NCBI GenBank assembly: GCA_963772835.1
Contig: CAVYYZ010000011.1
Location: 32,001 to 96,000 of the forward strand
DNA length: 64,000 nucleotides
Direction of reading: 5' to 3'
From: an uncultured delta proteobacterium
GTDB taxonomy: Bacteria > Desulfobacterota > Desulfuromonadia > Geobacterales > Pseudopelobacteraceae
The position numbers were made by a program, and so were the translations under genes. This document shows, in pieces, positions 26,285 through 38,177 of this stretch (position 1 is its first letter; every line of letters begins with the position of its first letter). Below the pieces are notes generated by a model, which made no database searches, was not told where the DNA came from, and worked only from the letters and a program-made list of their open reading frames with translations.

Positions 26285-26722
26285 ATGAAATTTCTGGTAC
26301 TACACGGCCCTAACCTCAATCTGCTTGGAAAACGTGATCCCGTAATCTACGGCTTTCAAACGCTTGCGGAAATTAATTCTGCGCTGGAGCGCCTTGCTGC
26401 AGAGTTAGGGTGCGAACTTATTTCTTTTCAGTCCAACACCGAAGGTGATCTGGTAGATGCAATACAGGCGTCTGCACTGGATTGTCACGGCATACTAATC
26501 AATCCGGCCGCCTACACCCATACCAGTATTGCAATTCGCGATGCTCTGACTGCTGTGGGGCTTCCCTGTGTTGAGGCGCACCTCTCTAATATTCACAGCA
26601 GGGAAAAATTCCGTCATACCAGCATGGTGGCACCGGTTGCCATTGGTCAGATCTGCGGATTTGGTTGCGACAGCTACCTGCTCGGCTTGCGGGCATTATT
26701 TAATTACGTTAAAAATGCATAA
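26285..26722 (+). CDS. aroQ: type II 3-dehydroquinate dehydratase
   Basis: [24 protein letters not shown]. Confidence 0.96.
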   Translation: MKFLVLHGPNLNLLGKRDPVIYGFQTLAEINSALERLAAELGCELISFQSNTEGDLVDAIQASALDCHGILINPAAYTHTSIAIRDALTAVGLPCVEAHLSNIHSREKFRHTSMVAPVAIGQICGFGCDSYLLGLRALFNYVKNA

Positions 26723-26791
26723 ATTTCCATTCACGCATCTCACCTGTTTTTATGCGCAACGTAAAAACAGTTTGTAGTCAGGGTTTCATTT

Positions 26792-27862
26792 ATGCTAAAA
26801 AAAAGACGCTCACGTCTGAATCATTATTTCAAAGAATATTCGCTAAAAGCCGTATTATTCACTGAGCTTAGAAATATTCGGTATTTGTGCGGTTTTAGCG
26901 GATCCGAAGGTGCCCTGCTGATATCGAAGGATCACTCATGGTTCCTATGTGATTCCCGATACACTGCGCAGGCGGCAGTAGAAGTCAAAGATGCCGAGAT
27001 TATTGAATGTGCTGCGATCCGCATCGACACGGTGGCAGCTTTGGTCCGGGAATTCGGTCTTGACCGGATTGGTTTCGAAGCGTCTCATACAACAGTAAGC
27101 GCCTTTCGGCGGATGTCTGAGATGTTGAACGGTGTCGATCTTGTCGAACTTGGTTCAAATCTCGATGAAATACGCATCTGTAAAGACTGCTCTGAAATTG
27201 AACTGCTCACCTCGGTTGCAACTCTATCGTCATTGGCCCTCACTGCGGTGCTGGAGCAGATCAAGCCCGGTGTCCGCGAAATAGATATCGCACTGGCACT
27301 TGAATTTGAGATGAGGCGACGTGGTGCGGATGGCAAGGCGTTTGATTTCATCGTTGCTTCCGGGGAACGGGGTGCCATGCCTCATGGAAGAGCCAGTGAC
27401 AAAATTATTCTGGCAGGAGAGCTTGTCACCATCGATTTCGGCGCGATAAAAAACGGGTATCATTCTGATGAAACGGTTACAGTTGCCTGCGGAAGACCGG
27501 ATCTTCGGGCGCAGGAAATTCATTCTATTGTCAAAACAGCTCACGATTTAGCAATTCAGGCTGTCAGGGCGGGTATCAGCTGTAAGGATCTTGATGAGGT
27601 CGCACGCTCATTCATCCGCGATAATGGATACGGTGACTATTTCGGGCATGGATTAGGGCACGGCATAGGCCTGGATATTCACGAAATGCCGACTCTGTCT
27701 CCACGTAGTACCGCAGTACTTGAAGAAGGGATGACCATTACAATTGAACCGGGCATATATATACCGGGATTCGGTGGTGTCAGGATTGAAGATACCGTGG
27801 TTGTCACTGCAGATGGATGCCGGATTATAACCAGCGCAGATAAACAATTGCTGGTCCTGTAG
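26792..27862 (+). CDS. Xaa-Pro peptidase (M24B)
   Basis: HGLGHGIGL.IHE.P, TIEPG.Y, GVRIED. Confidence 0.92.
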   Translation: MLKKRRSRLNHYFKEYSLKAVLFTELRNIRYLCGFSGSEGALLISKDHSWFLCDSRYTAQAAVEVKDAEIIECAAIRIDTVAALVREFGLDRIGFEASHTTVSAFRRMSEMLNGVDLVELGSNLDEIRICKDCSEIELLTSVATLSSLALTAVLEQIKPGVREIDIALALEFEMRRRGADGKAFDFIVASGERGAMPHGRASDKIILAGELVTIDFGAIKNGYHSDETVTVACGRPDLRAQEIHSIVKTAHDLAIQAVRAGISCKDLDEVARSFIRDNGYGDYFGHGLGHGIGLDIHEMPTLSPRSTAVLEEGMTITIEPGIYIPGFGGVRIEDTVVVTADGCRIITSADKQLLVL

Positions 27863-27930
27863 ATAGATGGAGAACGCTCAACATTTGATTCATCACTAAT
27901 CAGACTGATTGTAAAAGGAGACAAACTGAA

Positions 27931-28413
27931 ATGGATATCAAAGACCTGAAACTGCTGATAAAACTTGTGACGGAAACTGACATTACCGAATTTGAAATGG
28001 ATAATTCTGACGAGAAGATTATCATCAAGCGAGGCCAGAAAACGGAATATGTTACTGTCGCTTCTCCTGCTGCCCACCAGTATGCGCCTCCCGTGTATCA
28101 GCAGGCTCCGGCTTCCCCACCTGCCGTCGCACCGATGACTTCTGCAGCCTCTGCATCTCAGGAATCTGAGGCCGGTGACACTCTTAATTCTCCGATAGTC
28201 GGAACATTTTACGAAGCTCCCGGACCAGAGTCCGATCCCTACGTGACCGTCGGTCAGATTGTAGAAAAAGGGCAGGTACTCTGTATCGTAGAAGCAATGA
28301 AATTGATGAACGAGATCGAGGCCGAGTGCAAATGCAAGATCATTAAAATTTGCAAAAGCAACGCTCAGGCGGTAGAATTCGGTGATCCACTGTTTGTTAT
28401 CCAGAAACTTTAA
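27931..28413 (+). CDS. accB: acetyl-CoA carboxylase biotin carboxyl carrier protein
   Basis: EAMKLMN biotinylation motif; Ala/Pro linker. Confidence 0.96.
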   Translation: MDIKDLKLLIKLVTETDITEFEMDNSDEKIIIKRGQKTEYVTVASPAAHQYAPPVYQQAPASPPAVAPMTSAASASQESEAGDTLNSPIVGTFYEAPGPESDPYVTVGQIVEKGQVLCIVEAMKLMNEIEAECKCKIIKICKSNAQAVEFGDPLFVIQKL

Positions 28414-28440
28414 CTTAATTCGAGAGCGGGGTTCGTCTTC

Positions 28441-29781
28441 ATGTTTCATAAAGTACTAATTGCCAACCGCGGTGAGATTGCCGTCAGGATTATCAGGGCT
28501 TGCAAAGAACTGGGTATCAAGACAGTGGCGGTCTACTCCCAGGCGGACATCCACTCTCTGCATGTCAAGCTTGCAGACGAGAGTGTCTGTATCGGTCCTG
28601 CTTCCAGTGCCCTGAGTTATCTCAATATCAACGCCATCATCAGTGCAGCTGAATTGACTGATGCTGAAGCTATTCATCCCGGCTACGGGTTTCTGTCTGA
28701 AAACCCGAAATTTGCCGAGGTTTGTGAAAAATGCGGCATCACATTTATCGGGCCGACTGCTGAAAGTATGCGTATCATGGGCGACAAAATCAGTGCCCGT
28801 CAGGCGGTTATCAAACAGGGAGTACCTATCCTTCCCGGGACTAAAGAGGGTGTGAAAACGGTTGAGGATGCGGTGAAAGTCGCGAAAGAAATCGGGTTCC
28901 CGGTTATCATCAAGGCGACTGCAGGTGGTGGCGGCCGCGGCATGAAAATAGTCCATTCTCAGGCGGCCCTGCCGAATGCATTTGCTACAGCCCGTGCAGA
29001 AGCACAGTCCGGATTTGGCAACCCAGAAGTGTATATCGAGCGATATTGCGAAAAACCCCGCCATGTAGAAATCCAGATACTGGGTGATAAACATGGAAAT
29101 GTGATTCATCTGGGAGAGCGGGATTGTTCAATCCAGCGTCGCCACCAGAAATTGATCGAAGAAGCCCCCTCTACGGTTGTGACCCCTGAAATCCGTAAAG
29201 CTATGGGGGACGCTGCCGTCAGGGCTGCTGCTGCCGTCGGTTACAACAGTGCCGGCACGGTTGAATTTCTGGTGGATAAACAGAATAATTTCTTTTTCAT
29301 GGAGATGAATACCCGCATACAGGTTGAGCATCCGGTGACCGAAATGATTACCGGAGTGGATCTGGTCAGGGAACAGATCCGTTCAGCCGCCGGGCTGCCG
29401 CTGCGCTACAAACAGGAGGATATCCAGATCAGAGGTCACGCAATCGAGTGCCGCATCAATGCGGAAGATCCGTTTAAATTTACCCCGTGTCCTGGTAAAA
29501 TCACCGCGTATCATCCGCCAGGCGGGCTCGGTGTTCGCGTGGATTCGTTTGTGTACGACCAGTATTCGGTTGTGCCGAATTATGATTCACTGATTGGAAA
29601 ACTGATCGTTCACGCTGACACCCGCGAGGAAGCCATCAAGCGAATGGCGAGGGCACTTGACGAATACAGGATTGAAGGAATTAAAACGACAATATTTTTT
29701 CACAAGCGCATAATGGCTCACAAGGACTTTATTGAAGGCGACATTGATACTTCTTTTCTTGAACGAATAGTTCTGGAGTAA
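28441..29781 (+). CDS. accC: biotin carboxylase
   Basis: [27 protein letters not shown]. Confidence 0.97.
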   Translation: MFHKVLIANRGEIAVRIIRACKELGIKTVAVYSQADIHSLHVKLADESVCIGPASSALSYLNINAIISAAELTDAEAIHPGYGFLSENPKFAEVCEKCGITFIGPTAESMRIMGDKISARQAVIKQGVPILPGTKEGVKTVEDAVKVAKEIGFPVIIKATAGGGGRGMKIVHSQAALPNAFATARAEAQSGFGNPEVYIERYCEKPRHVEIQILGDKHGNVIHLGERDCSIQRRHQKLIEEAPSTVVTPEIRKAMGDAAVRAAAAVGYNSAGTVEFLVDKQNNFFFMEMNTRIQVEHPVTEMITGVDLVREQIRSAAGLPLRYKQEDIQIRGHAIECRINAEDPFKFTPCPGKITAYHPPGGLGVRVDSFVYDQYSVVPNYDSLIGKLIVHADTREEAIKRMARALDEYRIEGIKTTIFFHKRIMAHKDFIEGDIDTSFLERIVLE

Positions 29782-29786
29782 ATATC

Positions 29787-30173
29787 ATGGACTTTCCTGA
29801 TGAACTGAAATATTCGAAAGAGCATATCTGGGTGAGAGTAGAAAGCGGTTCGGCTGTTATCGGCATCACGGATTTCGCTCAGGAGGAACTTGGTACTGTT
29901 AGATGCGTGGAACTTCCTGATGAAGGAGATGAAATAGAACAGGACGATTCAATCGGCTCGATTGAAGCTCAAAAAACAGTTGCTTCACTGTATGCTCCAT
30001 TCAGTGGAACAGTCCGGAGTATAAATCATGAAGCGCTGGAAAATCCTGAGCTGCTCAACGACGACCCGTACGATGGTGCCTGGTTGGTGGAGGTGTCGCT
30101 TGACGACCCTGAAGAGTTAAAAAACCTTCTGTCAGCTGATGATTATGCCGACTACATAGAAAACAGGGATTAA
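29787..30173 (+). CDS. gcvH: glycine cleavage H-like lipoyl carrier
   Basis: YSKEH.W, GITDFAQ, IEAQK lipoyl lysine, DPY..AWL. Confidence 0.9.
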   Translation: MDFPDELKYSKEHIWVRVESGSAVIGITDFAQEELGTVRCVELPDEGDEIEQDDSIGSIEAQKTVASLYAPFSGTVRSINHEALENPELLNDDPYDGAWLVEVSLDDPEELKNLLSADDYADYIENRD

Positions 30174-30247
30174 TTGAGACATAAACTATGGTATAAGGGC
30201 GGGATCATGCTGTGATCTCGCCCTGTTTTATTTGAAAGGAATCAAAC

Positions 30248-31732
30248 GTGCGTTTACCAATATTGTTGTCACTATCGATGCTGACTCTTCCCGGTGTGGT
30301 ATGTTCTGCAGAGTCCCCCCTTTCACTGACTCTTAACGAGTCCATTCGCATGGCAGTCGAGAAAAACCTTGACGTTCGGGCTGAGTTGTACAATTCGGCG
30401 CAGTTTGAGGCGGACATACATCGAAATCGCGCAATTTATAACCCATTGTTTTCGGCACAAACCAATTATTCCGAATCGACGACAGCTACGGTCAGTGTAA
30501 ATACACCTGTTTCGACCGCAGGAAGCTCTTTCCAACTGAACGCCGGCCTGAGCCAATTATTCTGGACCGGCGCCACCGCTTCTGCAGGTTTAAACAACGT
30601 CTTTAACAGCAACAAAAGAACCTCTTATGATTACTGGCAATCGAGTCTTGGAATTTCTATTGCCCAGCCACTCCTGAAAAACTTTGGACGGGAAGCTACC
30701 GAAGTCAACATCAATGTGTCGAGATTGTCAAAGTATGCCTCTCTCGAACGATTTAATTCCCGCTTGATATCTACCGTGGCTCAGGTCCGCACTGAATATT
30801 ATAAGCTCCATAGTCTGCGGGAAGAGCGGGATGTGAAAAAAGTATCGTTGGAGTTGGCGCGAAAAATTCTCTCCGATACTCAAGCGCGCGTCAAGGCGGG
30901 TGTATTACCCGCAATGGAGGTGCTTAATGCTGAATTCGGCGCTGTTACCCGTGAAAAGGAACTTATCGACGCCGAACGGGCGGTGAGTGATCAGGTTGAT
31001 GTACTGCATCTGCTCCTGCAGCTTGATTCCGGAGTAGTCGATATTCAGACAGTCGATCTGCCTCCTCGTGAGCGATTTGAAACAGTTGAGAGTGACGCGA
31101 TCCAGAAGGCGTTAAACCGCCCTGATATACGAGAACAGAAGCGGAATCTTGAACTGAATGAACTTCAAACGAAAAATTACAGACAGAGAACACGTCCCGA
31201 TTTGTCATTAATCGCCTCAGCCCAGCTGACAGGACTTGACAGTACGTACCAGCGCACCCTTGACAAGGTCGTTTCTTTTGATTATCCGGCATGGAGCGTC
31301 GGGCTCAATTTCAGTTATCCGCTGGGAAACGATGCGGCTGAAAACGATTATCGTAAAAGCAGACTCAAAACGGAGCAGATTTCCCTGCAGCTGCGAAGCC
31401 TGGAGGAAAGTTCGACAAAAGAAGTTAAGGCGGCTATTCGTGGTGTTGAAGTCGGATTTAAACAGATCGAGGTGACTGACCGGGGGAAAGTGTTTGCGGA
31501 AGAACGGCTGAGAGCCTTTATCCGTAAAAATGAGGTCGGTCTGGCTACGACCAAAGATGTACTTGATGTGGAAAACGATCTGGCCGTTTCCAAGAGCAAT
31601 CAAATCAAGGCGGTTGTCGGGTATGCCAATGCACTGACCCAGTATTGGCAGGTTACCGGGGAACTGCTGGAGCGGGAAGGTGTCCGGGTTGTTGAAGGTA
31701 ATGCCGATAAGCTGTACTCTGCAACTTACTGA
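30248..31732 (+). CDS. TolC-family outer membrane efflux protein
   Basis: signal peptide, duplicated OEP repeats (QPLL..FG, G.AT..DVL). Confidence 0.88.
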   Translation: MRLPILLSLSMLTLPGVVCSAESPLSLTLNESIRMAVEKNLDVRAELYNSAQFEADIHRNRAIYNPLFSAQTNYSESTTATVSVNTPVSTAGSSFQLNAGLSQLFWTGATASAGLNNVFNSNKRTSYDYWQSSLGISIAQPLLKNFGREATEVNINVSRLSKYASLERFNSRLISTVAQVRTEYYKLHSLREERDVKKVSLELARKILSDTQARVKAGVLPAMEVLNAEFGAVTREKELIDAERAVSDQVDVLHLLLQLDSGVVDIQTVDLPPRERFETVESDAIQKALNRPDIREQKRNLELNELQTKNYRQRTRPDLSLIASAQLTGLDSTYQRTLDKVVSFDYPAWSVGLNFSYPLGNDAAENDYRKSRLKTEQISLQLRSLEESSTKEVKAAIRGVEVGFKQIEVTDRGKVFAEERLRAFIRKNEVGLATTKDVLDVENDLAVSKSNQIKAVVGYANALTQYWQVTGELLEREGVRVVEGNADKLYSATY

Positions 31733-32556
31733 TGCTTAAAATCGGGCAGATAGAGTATGCGAATTGCACCCCTCTCTTCCATATCCTGCGAGAAAAATTC
31801 CCCTGTACAGGATACGAATTTATTTCCGGAGTACCGGCCGAACTGAACAGAATGCTTCATGCCGGTGATATAGATGTATGTCCTTCCTCCTCGATTGAAT
31901 ACGCATATCACCCGGACCAGTACACGATACTGCCACAACTTTCCATTTCGAGTATCGGTGCGGTTGCAAGTGTGCTGCTGTTCTCAAGAGTGCCTATAGA
32001 AAAACTTGACGGGAATAAAATCAGTCTCAGCTCTGAATCAGCCACTTCGGTGAATTTGCTAAAAATCCTGCTTAACCAGCGATTTGGCTGTTCCTGCTCC
32101 TATGAAGTTGCTCATCCGGATGGGTCCGGCTCAGCCGGTGAATCCGCCGCGATGCTGCTTATCGGTGATTCAGCTTTGCGGGCGTCACTGGATAGGTCAG
32201 ATATGCTCGTGTATGACCTTGGGGAAATGTGGTACTCATGGACCGGCCTCCCATTTGTTTTTGCACTTTGGCTTTGTCGTAACGAAGTTGCACACGGATT
32301 GGAACTGAGGACTCTTGCATGGCAGCTGATTCAGGCCAAAGAGCTCGTTTCCGGGAACCTGGAACAGATCGTGATGCGTGTAAAAGAGGTCAGTTGGATG
32401 GGGCAGGAAAAACTGCTGTCCTATTGGCGGGATAATATCTCTTATCAATTGGATGAGCGTGAGAAGGCAGGATTAATGCTGTATTATGCCAAATGTTGCG
32501 AGGGAGGTTTGATTGCTGAAATACCTGAATTGCATTTCGCCTCACCAGACTTTTGA
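31732..32556 (+). CDS. mqnA: chorismate dehydratase (futalosine menaquinone pathway)
   Basis: IG.I.YANC.P, SSIEY, SATS..LL, LLIGD.AL, DLG..W...TGLPFVFALW. Confidence 0.9.
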   Translation: MLKIGQIEYANCTPLFHILREKFPCTGYEFISGVPAELNRMLHAGDIDVCPSSSIEYAYHPDQYTILPQLSISSIGAVASVLLFSRVPIEKLDGNKISLSSESATSVNLLKILLNQRFGCSCSYEVAHPDGSGSAGESAAMLLIGDSALRASLDRSDMLVYDLGEMWYSWTGLPFVFALWLCRNEVAHGLELRTLAWQLIQAKELVSGNLEQIVMRVKEVSWMGQEKLLSYWRDNISYQLDEREKAGLMLYYAKCCEGGLIAEIPELHFASPDF

Positions 32557-32670
32557 CACGCTGTACCATACAGATAATTCTGCTCTCTTACCAGGATGCA
32601 GGACGTATCGGTGCTTATTTAAAAATATCTTTGTTAACGCACTTTTTCTTTGTATGAATCAGGTGATTGT

Positions 32671-35049
32671 ATGAAGTTGTACCAACAAGGCACCCGTTCC
32701 TGGATTGATATTCTGTCGGGGGTCGTTCGTAATCAAAACGGGACAACAACTCCTGAAGAACGTCTTGATGACCGTTGTGTACGGGCCAATATTGTCTCGA
32801 TGACACGCTGGGTCATGCTCGGTGCCGTAGCTCTGTACGCTCTGGTTGCAGCAGCCAGTTTTTCATTCAGCACTATCGGATTTTACTTCACCGCTCAGCA
32901 GGTGACGTTCCTTTCACTTACCGTGATTTCCGTTGTAATCTATAATTTTCTTCTCAGTTCAAAATGTTCCTCACTTTCGCGCCTTCCATACCTCATTCAC
33001 CTGCAAGTCGGTCTTGATCTTTTTTTTGTAACAGTTCTTATTCACTTTACCGGAGGTGTTTTCAGCTGGTTCTGGCCGGTATACCTTCTTGTAACCCTTG
33101 AATCCGCGTTTCTCTACGAGGACAAACGTGATGTATGGCTGATAGGAACACTTGGGGCGGCATTTTACGGAGCCATACTTACGGCGGAAAGTGTGCGTCT
33201 GATTCCCGTGCTGGCCATGCCTTTTGTCGACTCATCCCAGCATGATGTATTTCTTTTTCAGATGCTGATGTGGTGCTGGGTGGCAGGGATGAATGCGACG
33301 GTTGCATTCATTGCCACATTCCTTATGGATACGATTCGTAAAGACGGAGTGCGAGTAAAAGAGAGTGAAGCAGCGTTGCTGGGTTTTGTTGCGTCTGCCA
33401 ATGACCTGATTTTCTGTGTTGATAGAAACGGAAACATTCTGTACGGAAACCAAATTTTCATCGAACTCCTCTCAGATGACAAAACGGGAAACACCAGATC
33501 GTGCAATTTGTATGAGTTGGTACAGAGCGATACCCGCCCGCAGCTTTCGGAACAGATTGCTCATGTTCTTCAAAGTTCACAACCGGCCCATATTGATGTT
33601 TCATTTTCGACAGTTGGAAAACAGGCTGTCGATGTCGAAATGAGTCTTACCGCAGGTGTAAGAAGCGGAGATTCCCTTGCCGTATGGTGCGTCTGCCGTG
33701 ATATATCGGAACGGAAACGTGCTCAGTTAGCCCTCTACTCGCTCGCTCATCATGACATCCTGACCGGATTGCCCAACCGTGTCCTGCTTGAAGATCGTCT
33801 TGTACAGGCCAAGGCACATGCGAATAGGCAGCAGAGCGGATTCGCCGTACTGTTTCTGGATTTGGATCGTTTTAAGATAATCAATGACACCCTGGGTCAT
33901 TCGGTTGGTGATGAGTTGTTGCGCCTGGTAGCCATCCGTCTGCAACGGACGCTGAGAGAAACCGATACTGTTGCAAGAATCGGGGGTGACGAGTTTATCG
34001 TCCTGTTGGCGGACACCGCCCACCGTGAGGATGTTGCGCTGTTGGCTGACAAGATCATGAAGTCGCTTGCGATTCCTTTTTATCTGAGAGCTCACGAGCT
34101 TTTTGTGACAACCAGTCTTGGCGGCTGCATGTATCCTGAAGATGATCATGATACCGAATCGATGATGAAAAAAGCAGATATTGCCATGTACCATGCGAAA
34201 GCGCTCGGAAGGAATAATTTTCAGTTTTTTGATACCGAGATGGACCAGAACTCATCCCGACGGTTTGTGATTTCAAACAGTCTCAGAAAAGGATTGGAAC
34301 AGCGGGAATTTTGCCTGTATTATCAGCCAAAGGTTGACGTTTCCACGGGACGCATCGTTGCCATGGAAGCATTGGTACGGTGGGAGCATCCTGAGTTGGG
34401 TCTGCTGTCACCGCTTGAATTCATTCAGCTTGCCGAGGAAAACGGCTTGATCGTCCAGTTGGGTGAGTGGGTTCTCAGGGAGGCATGCAGTCAGAATGTT
34501 CAATGGCACAATGAAGGGATTACCAATTTGCGGGTGGCGGTCAATCTCTCCGGATACCAGCTTCAGCACAATGCCCTGTTGCCGCTGATCCGGAAAATAA
34601 TTGCTGAAACCGGCATTTCTCCAGACAATCTTGAATTTGAGATTACTGAAAGCGTTATCATGCAGAATCCGGATTTTGCCGTTTCAATACTTGCATCGAT
34701 CACAGAATTGGGTATTCATATTTCGATAGATGATTTTGGTACCGGTTACTCTTCACTTGCTCATCTGAAGCGCTTTTCCGTTAATACTCTTAAAATTGAC
34801 AAGTCTTTTGTTCAGGATGTTGATTTAAGCAGCACCGATGCTGCGATAGCAACTGCGATTATTGCCATGGGGAACAGCCTGAATCTGAATGTAATCGCTG
34901 AAGGTGTTGAGACGCAAGCGCAGTATGACTTTCTTAAAGACAACAACTGTGGGCAGGTACAGGGGTATCTTTTCGGCCGCCCGCTTCCTGCAGAGGAATT
35001 CGTTACCGTTCTGAAACAGAATTATCTGGATACCGAAAAGGGAAGGTAG
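32671..35049 (+). CDS. membrane-bound PAS-GGDEF-EAL diguanylate cyclase/phosphodiesterase
   Basis: about 5-6 hydrophobic helices, PAS, RETD I-site plus GGDEF, EALVRW, DDFGTGYSS. Confidence 0.93.
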   Translation: MKLYQQGTRSWIDILSGVVRNQNGTTTPEERLDDRCVRANIVSMTRWVMLGAVALYALVAAASFSFSTIGFYFTAQQVTFLSLTVISVVIYNFLLSSKCSSLSRLPYLIHLQVGLDLFFVTVLIHFTGGVFSWFWPVYLLVTLESAFLYEDKRDVWLIGTLGAAFYGAILTAESVRLIPVLAMPFVDSSQHDVFLFQMLMWCWVAGMNATVAFIATFLMDTIRKDGVRVKESEAALLGFVASANDLIFCVDRNGNILYGNQIFIELLSDDKTGNTRSCNLYELVQSDTRPQLSEQIAHVLQSSQPAHIDVSFSTVGKQAVDVEMSLTAGVRSGDSLAVWCVCRDISERKRAQLALYSLAHHDILTGLPNRVLLEDRLVQAKAHANRQQSGFAVLFLDLDRFKIINDTLGHSVGDELLRLVAIRLQRTLRETDTVARIGGDEFIVLLADTAHREDVALLADKIMKSLAIPFYLRAHELFVTTSLGGCMYPEDDHDTESMMKKADIAMYHAKALGRNNFQFFDTEMDQNSSRRFVISNSLRKGLEQREFCLYYQPKVDVSTGRIVAMEALVRWEHPELGLLSPLEFIQLAEENGLIVQLGEWVLREACSQNVQWHNEGITNLRVAVNLSGYQLQHNALLPLIRKIIAETGISPDNLEFEITESVIMQNPDFAVSILASITELGIHISIDDFGTGYSSLAHLKRFSVNTLKIDKSFVQDVDLSSTDAAIATAIIAMGNSLNLNVIAEGVETQAQYDFLKDNNCGQVQGYLFGRPLPAEEFVTVLKQNYLDTEKGR

Positions 35050-35063
35050 CGTACCTCAGCTGT

Positions 35064-35534
35064 TTAATCAAAAAGAGTATCCTGATATTGTGCCGAATAA
35101 TCGGACAGTATGCGGGTATGGTCAAAACAGAGTTGTCGCGGCAGTGAATCCCGCCTGAAGGTCGACAGGTTTAGTGCATCATCAGCGGCGCGGGGAATGC
35201 CGTGGGCAGAAGCGATAAATACCGTTGAAATTGTGTGCATCCGGTCGTCACGCGCCGGGTCGGAATAACATCCCAATAAGCGCAAATCAAAAATATTCAG
35301 CGACGTCTCTTCAAACGCTTCCCGGACGGCAGCGGCCTCAAGTGATTCTCCATACTCTACAAAACCTCCCGGCAAAGCCCAGCCAAAAGGTTCATTCTTC
35401 CGCTCAATGAGCACAATACCGCTCTCCAGCTCGATAATTATATCTACTGTCGGGAATGGATTCCGGTACTGTTTAATGTTGGAACCGCAGGAAGGGCAGG
35501 TGAGAGTGGTGAAGGACATGCATACTCCGTACAA
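35064..35534 (-). CDS. NUDIX hydrolase
   Basis: [22 protein letters not shown]udix box; N-terminal CPSCG. Confidence 0.92.
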   Translation of the reverse strand: MYGVCMSFTTLTCPSCGSNIKQYRNPFPTVDIIIELESGIVLIERKNEPFGWALPGGFVEYGESLEAAAVREAFEETSLNIFDLRLLGCYSDPARDDRMHTISTVFIASAHGIPRAADDALNLSTFRRDSLPRQLCFDHTRILSDYSAQYQDTLFD

Positions 35535-35535
35535 T

Positions 35536-35563
35536 AAAAAAAGGGGGAATAGAAATTCCCCCT
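35536..35563 (-). terminator. intrinsic terminator after the PxxKW gene
   Basis: AGGGGGAAT/ATTCCCCCT stem with a T run on the minus strand. Confidence 0.75.
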
Positions 35564-35590
35564 CTGATCAAAAAGACAGTAAAGCCGAAA

Positions 35591-35884
35591 CTATTTCTTT
35601 TTCTTTGCTCCGGCAGCTTTTTTGGAAGCTTTGAGAGGGTTGACCTTCAGCTCGGCTACGGATAGATCAACTTTTACGTGGGAAGCAAAGTTACAGATTC
35701 CGCCGATCCATTTTTTGGCTGGCGCAGGGTATGCGCTGCATACCTGGCCAATGCTGCCGGTCACAACGCGTTCGCACCCTTCACAGTTTTCAGCAATAGT
35801 CTGGCAGGAACCATCAGGAAATATACACCCCTGTTTTCCCCAAAAGGTACACTCGGTACCTGCAAGTACGGTCTGACACTTCAT
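35591..35884 (-). CDS. PxxKW-family cysteine-rich protein
   Basis: 8 Cys, YPAPAKKW..G.C, basic tail NPLKASKK. Confidence 0.85.
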   Translation of the reverse strand: MKCQTVLAGTECTFWGKQGCIFPDGSCQTIAENCEGCERVVTGSIGQVCSAYPAPAKKWIGGICNFASHVKVDLSVAELKVNPLKASKKAAGAKKKK

Positions 35885-36000
35885 ACTTCTTCCTCCTGAA
35901 TTTGTTCTCGAATGAATTGTTACTCTAGCAATTCTTGCCGAGAAAAGTCAACGTAAAAATTGAAGGGAATCCGGACTGTTCGGGGGGGTGTGCGTAAGAA

Positions 36001-36573
36001 TCAGCTGCCGCTGATGGAGAGAAAGTTTCTGAAGAGTTCCATGCCACCTTCTGTCAGAATTGATTCCGGGTGGAACTGCACCCCCCAGAGTGGGAGCACC
36101 TTATGACGCAGCCCCATAATTTCGCCATTTTCGACCCAGGCTGTCACTTCAAGGCAATCAGGAAGAGTGGTGCGATCGACAGTCAGTGAATGATAACGGG
36201 TGGCCGAAAAAGGGTTTTCAAGCCCGGCAAATAGATCTTTCCCGTCATGAAAAATGGGGGATGTCTTGCCATGCATGAGAGATGCGCTCCGAAGTATTGT
36301 GCCGCCAAAGGCAAATCCGATTGACTGATGTCCGAGACAGACCCCTAAAATAGGGATTTTCCCGGCGAAATGTGTAATTGCAGAAACGGAAATCCCGGCT
36401 TCTTCCGGAGAACAGGGACCGGGTGAGATGATCAGCCGTTCCGGCTGCATTGCTTCTATCTCTGCTAGTGAAATCTTGTCGTTGCGATGTACCTGTACGT
36501 TCTCACCCAGTTGTCCGAAATACTGAACGATGTTGTAGGTAAATGAATCATAATTATCGATCATCAGGAGCAT
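36001..36573 (-). CDS. trpG: anthranilate synthase component II (glutamine amidotransferase)
   Basis: [29 protein letters not shown]; immediately after trpE. Confidence 0.93.
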   Translation of the reverse strand: MLLMIDNYDSFTYNIVQYFGQLGENVQVHRNDKISLAEIEAMQPERLIISPGPCSPEEAGISVSAITHFAGKIPILGVCLGHQSIGFAFGGTILRSASLMHGKTSPIFHDGKDLFAGLENPFSATRYHSLTVDRTTLPDCLEVTAWVENGEIMGLRHKVLPLWGVQFHPESILTEGGMELFRNFLSISGS

Positions 36574-36574
36574 T

Positions 36575-38050
36575 TCAGGCCAAACCTCTCTCGGCGATTT
36601 CAACCGCCCGCATGACTGCCATTCCCTTGTTAACGGTTTCCTGCCACTCGGAAGCAGGATCTGAATCGGCCACAATTCCTGCACCAGCCTGCAGATGAAC
36701 CTTTCCGTCCTTTATCACCAGGGTCCGGATAGTAATGGCAAGGTCCATGTTTCCGGAAAAGGAAAAATAACCGACGGCACCGCCGTAGATTTCACGGCGT
36801 ACCGGCTCAAGCTCATCAATAATCTGCATGGCACGGACTTTCGGAGCCCCGGACAGGGTGCCGGCAGGAAATGTTGCCCTGACCAGATCAAAGGCATCCC
36901 TGTCTGCCGATAATCGGCCTTGCACGTTTGAAACGATATGCATGACATGGGAATAGCGTTCGATGAGCATCAGTTCAGAAACGGTGACAGAACCGGTCGT
37001 GCAGACCCGTCCCAGATCGTTTCGGCCAAGATCTACCAGCATAACGTGCTCGGCACATTCTTTTGGGTCTGCAAGCAGTTCATCAGCCAGTGTGGCGTCA
37101 TCCTCGGCGGTAGCACCGCGGGGACGTGTCCCTGCGATGGGGCGTAACTCCACCTTCTCCCCCTCTTTGCGAACCATTACCTCCGGTGAAGCACCAGCTA
37201 TAACCGTGTCGTCGAGACGCAGGAAAAACATGTATGGTGAAGGATTAAGCGTTCTCAGCACCCGGTATATGTCAAGCGGGTCGGCACTCAATTCACCGCT
37301 GAATCGCTGGGAAAGCACGACCTGAATGATATCGCCTGATCGCACATACTCCTTTGCCTTCTCGACGGAATTCTCAAAAGAGACACGGGACATGTTGGAG
37401 AGAAACCGGACCGGTTTACCCGGGGTGGAAACACTCTGTGCCGGAAGCGGAGTGCGAAGGCGGTTTATGAGGGCATCAATTTTTTCGGTCGCACGGTCAT
37501 ACGCCTCTGTAGGTGATATCGTCTCTGTTATATGAGCATTTGAAACTACTTTTATTTTCTGATGCATGGTGTCAAAAATGACGATAGTGTCTGTAATTAG
37601 AAAATATGAATCGTATGCATCAAGCTGCGCCGGTTTTTCAGTCGTCAGCGATTCAAAGTGGCGAACCATATCGTAGCCAAGATAGCCGACGGCACCGCCG
37701 AAAAAACGGGGAAGCCCGTCAACCTCTACAGGCGTAAACTGGGCAAGAAGTTCTTTGATGCAGTTCAGCGGATCGGAGGATTCCAGCTGGACGGTTATAC
37801 CGTCTGAAATAGTTTCAACACGAGTGCCTTTTGAACGGATGATGACAGAGGGTGCCGAGCCCAGAAAGCTGTAGCGCCCCCACTTTTCACCACCCTCGAT
37901 ACTTTCGAGGAGAAATGAAAACTTCCCGTCATCAATTTTTTTGAAAGCCGAGACCGGAGTATCCATGTCCGCCATGATTTCCCGATAGACCGGAATCAGG
38001 TTGCCTTTTTCAGCGAGCGTATAAAAAGTGTCACGTTGTGGTAAAAACAT
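36575..38050 (-). CDS. trpE: anthranilate synthase component I
   Basis: [39 protein letters not shown]. Confidence 0.95.
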   Translation of the reverse strand: MFLPQRDTFYTLAEKGNLIPVYREIMADMDTPVSAFKKIDDGKFSFLLESIEGGEKWGRYSFLGSAPSVIIRSKGTRVETISDGITVQLESSDPLNCIKELLAQFTPVEVDGLPRFFGGAVGYLGYDMVRHFESLTTEKPAQLDAYDSYFLITDTIVIFDTMHQKIKVVSNAHITETISPTEAYDRATEKIDALINRLRTPLPAQSVSTPGKPVRFLSNMSRVSFENSVEKAKEYVRSGDIIQVVLSQRFSGELSADPLDIYRVLRTLNPSPYMFFLRLDDTVIAGASPEVMVRKEGEKVELRPIAGTRPRGATAEDDATLADELLADPKECAEHVMLVDLGRNDLGRVCTTGSVTVSELMLIERYSHVMHIVSNVQGRLSADRDAFDLVRATFPAGTLSGAPKVRAMQIIDELEPVRREIYGGAVGYFSFSGNMDLAITIRTLVIKDGKVHLQAGAGIVADSDPASEWQETVNKGMAVMRAVEIAERGLA

Positions 38051-38081
38051 TACCTACCTCTGTGTGTTAAATCTGGGGAAA

Positions 38082-38110
38082 AGGCTACCACAGGCTCTCT
38101 GGAGAGTCAA
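38082..38110 (-). promoter_or_regulatory. putative sigma70 promoter of trpEG
   Basis: minus strand TTGACT-17 nt-TAGCCT with an extended -10 TG. Confidence 0.6.
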
Positions 38111-38139
38111 GTTCAGTGGACATCCTGCATTATTCGGGC

Positions 38140-38169
38140 TTGACAACCTTGCAGTCCTTGTGGTTAAGT
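38140..38169 (+). promoter_or_regulatory. putative sigma70 promoter of the aroF leader
   Basis: TTGACA at 38140-38145, then TG-G-TTAAGT as a weak -10 (18-nt spacer). Confidence 0.55.
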
Positions 38170-38177
38170 GCCCGCAT

